Of a stretch of DNA of 20,000 nt, positions 16,268 through 20,000 are shown one piece after another (the first letter of the stretch is position 1; each line of letters begins with the position of its first letter). Origin of the DNA: Bacteriovoracaceae bacterium (lineage in GTDB: Bacteria; Bdellovibrionota; Bacteriovoracia; Bacteriovoracales; Bacteriovoracaceae); NCBI GenBank assembly GCA_018649885.1, contig JABIHA010000113.1, positions 51,179-71,178 on the forward strand, given 5' to 3'. The translations under genes were made by a program, and so were the position numbers. The notes beneath the pieces are model-generated. The model saw nothing but the letters and a program-made list of their open reading frames with translations. It was not told the DNA's origin and made no database searches.

Positions 16268-17941
16268 ATGAATAATGAATCCATAAAACTGCTAGATGAG
16301 CATCTCATCAACCAAATAAAAGCTGGGGAAGTCATTGAGAGGCCGGCGAATGTTTTAAAAGAATTGCTGGAAAATGCAATTGACTCAGACCCAGGAAAAA
16401 TTGATGTTGAAATCAGAGACTCCGGACTTTCTCTTATTAAAGTTGAAGATGATGGCCACGGAATAGACTGGAAAGAGCTTCCCATCGCTTTTTATAGGCA
16501 CACAACCTCAAAGCTTGGAAAATTTGAAGATCTATTTACCCTGGATAGTTTTGGCTTTAGAGGCGAAGCTCTAGCTTCAATCTCGTCAATCTCAAAAATT
16601 ACCTGCCGTAGTAAAAAGAGTGATCAAAAGGGTGGGAAAATAGAAATAAATGGGGCTCAGATCACCTCACATATTGAGGCTGAAATTTCAAAACCTGGAA
16701 CTTCCATTTTTATTAAAGATTTGTTTTTTAATACCCCGGCAAGGTTGAAGTTTGTAAAATCAAAAAATTCGGAGAAAAATGCCCTTTTAAAATTTTTCTA
16801 CGGGCATATACTCTCCTATCCAAATATTAGCTTCACTTTAAAAATGGATGACGATGAGAAATTAAGATATCCAACCTCGTCTGCCCAAAAGCGCGCTGAA
16901 ATTGTATTTTTTAAAAAAGCACATAAAGAGTCCCAGGTTGCTGAAATTGATTTTGAATATGAAGGTTATAAGGTAAATGGATTTATTGCCTCTAATTCGA
17001 GTAAAAGCACCTCAGGAAAATACCAATACATCATTGCCAATAGCAGGATCATACAAGATAGGGCCCTCCATATGCATATAGTCAGAACACTCGAGCCACT
17101 ATGGGGATTTGGAAGCTCTGGATCCTACTACCTGAAACTTTCGGTTCCCACCTCCCATATCGATGTAAATGTTCACCCTGATAAAAGTAGGGTGAAGTTT
17201 GAAAAACCCTCTCTTATTTATTCACTAATTCATGGTTCAATCCAAAAATTACTTAACCAAGTAAGAAAAAGTAAAATAGCTAATAACAGTAATCAGCTAG
17301 AGGAGATGTCTCTACCTGCCTCTGATCAATATATAGGTGATTTAAAACCAAATAGATGGTCAGGTTTTGCCCATACAAGTGAGCAAGATATCTGTAATGG
17401 TTTGGAGCATTTTCATCAATTAACAAAGAAATTTTCTTTTTATTACAAGAATGATTATTCAACTCTCGTTCACACTCCAACAATGATTTCTAATTATCTG
17501 AAAACCATTTACAAGGAACATTCTCTGCCAATAAGTGAAGGAGGGCAAACACCACTGATTATTAGCGAGCCAATAAAACTTGAAAAAGATGTTGATCACC
17601 TACTTGAACAAATCAACTATTTTGGATTTGAAGTTGATCGACTTGACTCTACTACTCTTGTGCTCAGAGGTGTTCCAACGGGCCTAGAAGACTTAGAAAA
17701 CCATCAAGTTTTAAGAAATATTCTACTTTGTGAGACCAAGAATGGATCGTCTCTCAATCTAGATGTTTTTCTTAAGCTCTATTCAAATTACCTGTGCGAA
17801 ACTAATATCCCCTCAGTGTTTTGGGAGAAGCTTGGTAGATCTGATGCTGAACTCGAAGGGGCAACTCTTGAGATAAGTGACCAACAATTGGAAAAGTTTT
17901 TTAAAGGACACCTAAATCAACAAGAAAGTGCAAGGCCTTAA
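16268..17941 (+). CDS. mutL: DNA mismatch repair protein MutL with a degenerate C-terminal domain
   Basis: IKAGEVIERPANVLKELLENAID, DDGHG, RHTTSK, GFRGEAL, DLFFNTPARLKF, DVNVHPDK. Adjacent to miaA. Confidence 0.93.
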   Translation: MNNESIKLLDEHLINQIKAGEVIERPANVLKELLENAIDSDPGKIDVEIRDSGLSLIKVEDDGHGIDWKELPIAFYRHTTSKLGKFEDLFTLDSFGFRGEALASISSISKITCRSKKSDQKGGKIEINGAQITSHIEAEISKPGTSIFIKDLFFNTPARLKFVKSKNSEKNALLKFFYGHILSYPNISFTLKMDDDEKLRYPTSSAQKRAEIVFFKKAHKESQVAEIDFEYEGYKVNGFIASNSSKSTSGKYQYIIANSRIIQDRALHMHIVRTLEPLWGFGSSGSYYLKLSVPTSHIDVNVHPDKSRVKFEKPSLIYSLIHGSIQKLLNQVRKSKIANNSNQLEEMSLPASDQYIGDLKPNRWSGFAHTSEQDICNGLEHFHQLTKKFSFYYKNDYSTLVHTPTMISNYLKTIYKEHSLPISEGGQTPLIISEPIKLEKDVDHLLEQINYFGFEVDRLDSTTLVLRGVPTGLEDLENHQVLRNILLCETKNGSSLNLDVFLKLYSNYLCETNIPSVFWEKLGRSDAELEGATLEISDQQLEKFFKGHLNQQESARP

Positions 17942-18899
17942 ACCAGTGAAAAAGATCATTGTCCTTTCAGGACCCACAGCTTCAGGCAAAACAAGTACAA
18001 GCATCAAACTTGCCAAACTACATGGTCTCGAGATTATTAATTTTGATTCACTACTTTTCTATCGTGAACTTTCAATAGGAACAGCAAAACCTACAACTCA
18101 GGAGATGGATGGCGTCCCCCACCACCTAATAGGTACTGAAAGTATTAAACGACCTATCAACGCCGCTACTTTTTTTAAAAATGTGATCCCAATTATTGAA
18201 ACACTTTTAGAAAAAAATATCACTCCCCTACTAGTTGGAGGCTCAGGGTTTTATCTTCAAACAATTTTAGAGGGAATGTACGACTCACAGACTACGCCGA
18301 TAGAGATTAGTAAGCGTTCTGACAAACTCTATCAGGACTGCGGAATTTCGCCATTTATAGAGGAACTCAAAATTGTAGACCCGACCTCAATGAACAAGCT
18401 CCACTCAAACGATCACTACAGAGTGCGAAGGGCGCTTGAACACTACTGGGCAACCGGGCAAAGCTTCAGTGACTCAAAAACTGCGCTAGCTCAAAAGAAA
18501 GAAAATGGCGGACCATATTTGTTTGCTATAAACAAAGGTTGGGAGGTACTTCATCTCTACCTCGACATTCCCAAAAGTGATCATCAAAAAGTCATTAAAG
18601 AAAGAATAGAAAATATGTTAGAATATGGTTTTAAAGAGGAAGTACAGTCTTTACTAAACTCTGGGTTTACAGGAGAAGAGAAGCCTTTGCAAAGTGTAGG
18701 ATACAAACAAATGCAAGACTACCTTAATGGAAAATTAACATCCACCAATGATCTCAAAGAAAAAATATTAATTGCGACTAGAAGATTAGCAAAGTCACAA
18801 AGAACTTGGTTTAATAAAATAAAACCAAAACGTACATTTAACCCATTAACAGATATTAAGGAAGTCACAGATACAGTAGATAGTTTCATGTCAGTTTAA
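17928..18899 (+). CDS. miaA: tRNA dimethylallyltransferase MiaA
   Basis: GPTASGKT, DS..FYRELSIGTAKP, VPHHLI, VGGSGFY, RVRRALE, SVGYKQ, LAKSQRTWF. The true start may be the in-frame GTG at 17946. Confidence 0.96.
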   Translation: MQGLKPVKKIIVLSGPTASGKTSTSIKLAKLHGLEIINFDSLLFYRELSIGTAKPTTQEMDGVPHHLIGTESIKRPINAATFFKNVIPIIETLLEKNITPLLVGGSGFYLQTILEGMYDSQTTPIEISKRSDKLYQDCGISPFIEELKIVDPTSMNKLHSNDHYRVRRALEHYWATGQSFSDSKTALAQKKENGGPYLFAINKGWEVLHLYLDIPKSDHQKVIKERIENMLEYGFKEEVQSLLNSGFTGEEKPLQSVGYKQMQDYLNGKLTSTNDLKEKILIATRRLAKSQRTWFNKIKPKRTFNPLTDIKEVTDTVDSFMSV

Positions 18900-18914
18900 A
18901 ACAAAAGGATTTGT

Positions 18915-19445
18915 ATGAGAAACTGCGTTTTTTTAATTTTATTTTCAATTTTATTCACATTTTCCCAAAATAGTTTTGCAGAGGATAAAAAAGGAAGCCA
19001 AACTTTTCTTTGCTCAATACATTCCTCAAATACAACCAACTATTCAAAAATGCATTTAAAGCTAGACGGAAAATCTGATGTCAAAAGTTTTTTCAGAGAC
19101 GTTTATAAATCTGAGGAAAAATCTGGCAGTCCAAGATATGCAAAATCGGTAAACTACCTTATTGCCAAATTAAAAAAAGGAATCGTATTAAAAGTACAAA
19201 AAGAGACCGTGGTCGTTTCCATGAGTAGTGATAATTTTGCTGCTCATAATGGAGGAACGATCACATTAAAATATTTAAAAAGCTACCTTTCAAAATCCTA
19301 TGGATCAGTAACATTTACGGTAGATCGCCTAGGTGATAGCTGGGTGGCCAAAGATGATGATGGAAATACCTTTACCAAAATAAATATGAAGGCAAAGAAA
19401 ATATTTGGAAAAGTTATTGGTATTAAAAAAGTTACATTCAACTAA
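18915..19445 (+). CDS. Exported basic beta-rich hypothetical protein
   Basis: AAGGA RBS, signal peptide ending SFA-E, 176-aa ORF. Confidence 0.8.
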   Translation: MRNCVFLILFSILFTFSQNSFAEDKKGSQTFLCSIHSSNTTNYSKMHLKLDGKSDVKSFFRDVYKSEEKSGSPRYAKSVNYLIAKLKKGIVLKVQKETVVVSMSSDNFAAHNGGTITLKYLKSYLSKSYGSVTFTVDRLGDSWVAKDDDGNTFTKINMKAKKIFGKVIGIKKVTFN

Positions 19446-19460
19446 AGATTCATTAATTCA

Positions 19461-19570
19461 GGGGGCGGCCACTATACAGCAATGTCACATGAGGCCACCG
19501 CTCCCCTTACCAAATGCCGACCTCACGTGGGGGAGGCGCAGCGAAGAGCAAAAAATCCCCACCCTACCGT
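19461..19570. other. GC-rich structured intergenic element (candidate ncRNA, leader or repeat)
   Basis: 67/110 G+C by hand count in an AT-rich window. Several alternative helices, described under findings. Confidence 0.35.
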
Positions 19571-19631
19571 GCAGATCCTTTTCAAATGCTCCACTCTCTC
19601 ATACTATTCAACCTACAAAATGAGAGCTTAG

Positions 19632-20000
19632 ATGAACGATACAAATGCTGGGCAGAATGCCCTCAAAGTCATAATAATTTCAGATGGTACAGGTGAGACA
19701 GCAACTGCGCTTGCTCGCGCCACTATCACTCAATTTAAAGACAAAGACGTCTATTTCACTCGCTATAAAAATGTAAGATCTAAAGAGCAAATCACTTCGA
19801 TTTTCACAGAAGCGGCGATTCATCATGACATGATAATTTACACTGTGGTCGATGCTGAGATTAGAGAATGTATTGCAAAAACCTCTAGAGAAAAAAATGT
19901 TAGAACAGTCGATTTAATGGGACCAATGCTAACCGCTTTTTCAAATATCTTTCACTCAGAGCCTATTTCAAAACCAGGCCTTTACCACGCTGTTAATGAT
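19632..20000 (+). CDS. ppsR: PEP synthase/pyruvate phosphate dikinase regulatory protein (kinase/pyrophosphorylase, DUF299), 5' part (not in ORF track)
   Basis: Manual translation: MNDTNAGQNALKVIIISDGTGETATALARATITQF...IIYTVVD...VDLMGPML...KPGLYHAVND, open to the edge. ISDGTGETA is the family's N-terminal motif. Confidence 0.92.
   Translation, partial: MNDTNAGQNALKVIIISDGTGETATALARATITQFKDKDVYFTRYKNVRSKEQITSIFTEAAIHHDMIIYTVVDAEIRECIAKTSREKNVRTVDLMGPMLTAFSNIFHSEPISKPGLYHAVND

Noticed and set aside
19486..19529. Minus-strand hairpin considered as SRP RNA or a cobalamin/c-di-GMP riboswitch
   Set aside because: It lacks the SRP CAGG...GNRA...AGCA core and recognisable riboswitch consensus. Kept only as an unassigned structure.
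12014..19696. Short alternative ORFs (12014-, 14020-, 15481+, 15956+, 16264-, 17280-, 19405+, 19514+)
   Set aside because: They overlap real genes. The two near 19.4-19.7 kb are explained by stop-codon scarcity in the GC-rich spacer.

Overview
AT-rich bacterial chromosomal window with no tRNA, rRNA, CRISPR array, transposase or phage gene. Gene content (DgcB-like FHA-GGDEF cyclase, degenerate REC-HD-GYP, many small exported orphans) suggests a predatory Bdellovibrionota/Bacteriovoracaceae-like organism (inference). Left to right: a translationally coupled minus-strand envelope operon (sppA, lapB, SH3b-like protein, M48-like protein lacking HExxH, membrane protein running off the edge); a small exported protein; a minus-strand cluster (DUF952, GH35/GH42-like protein, hypothetical, rlmN); REC-HD-GYP; two acyl-CoA dehydrogenases plus pgi; an astacin lipoprotein; the FHA-GGDEF cyclase; a ~240-bp concentric palindrome; two Cys-containing exported proteins; mutL-miaA; an exported hypothetical; a GC-rich structured spacer; and the 5' part of a PEP synthase/PPDK regulatory protein gene. 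The best candidates for new biology are the sppA-lapB-SH3-pseudo-M48 operon, several apparent pseudoenzymes, and the two structured intergenic elements. All family assignments come from motif recognition by eye, not database searches.
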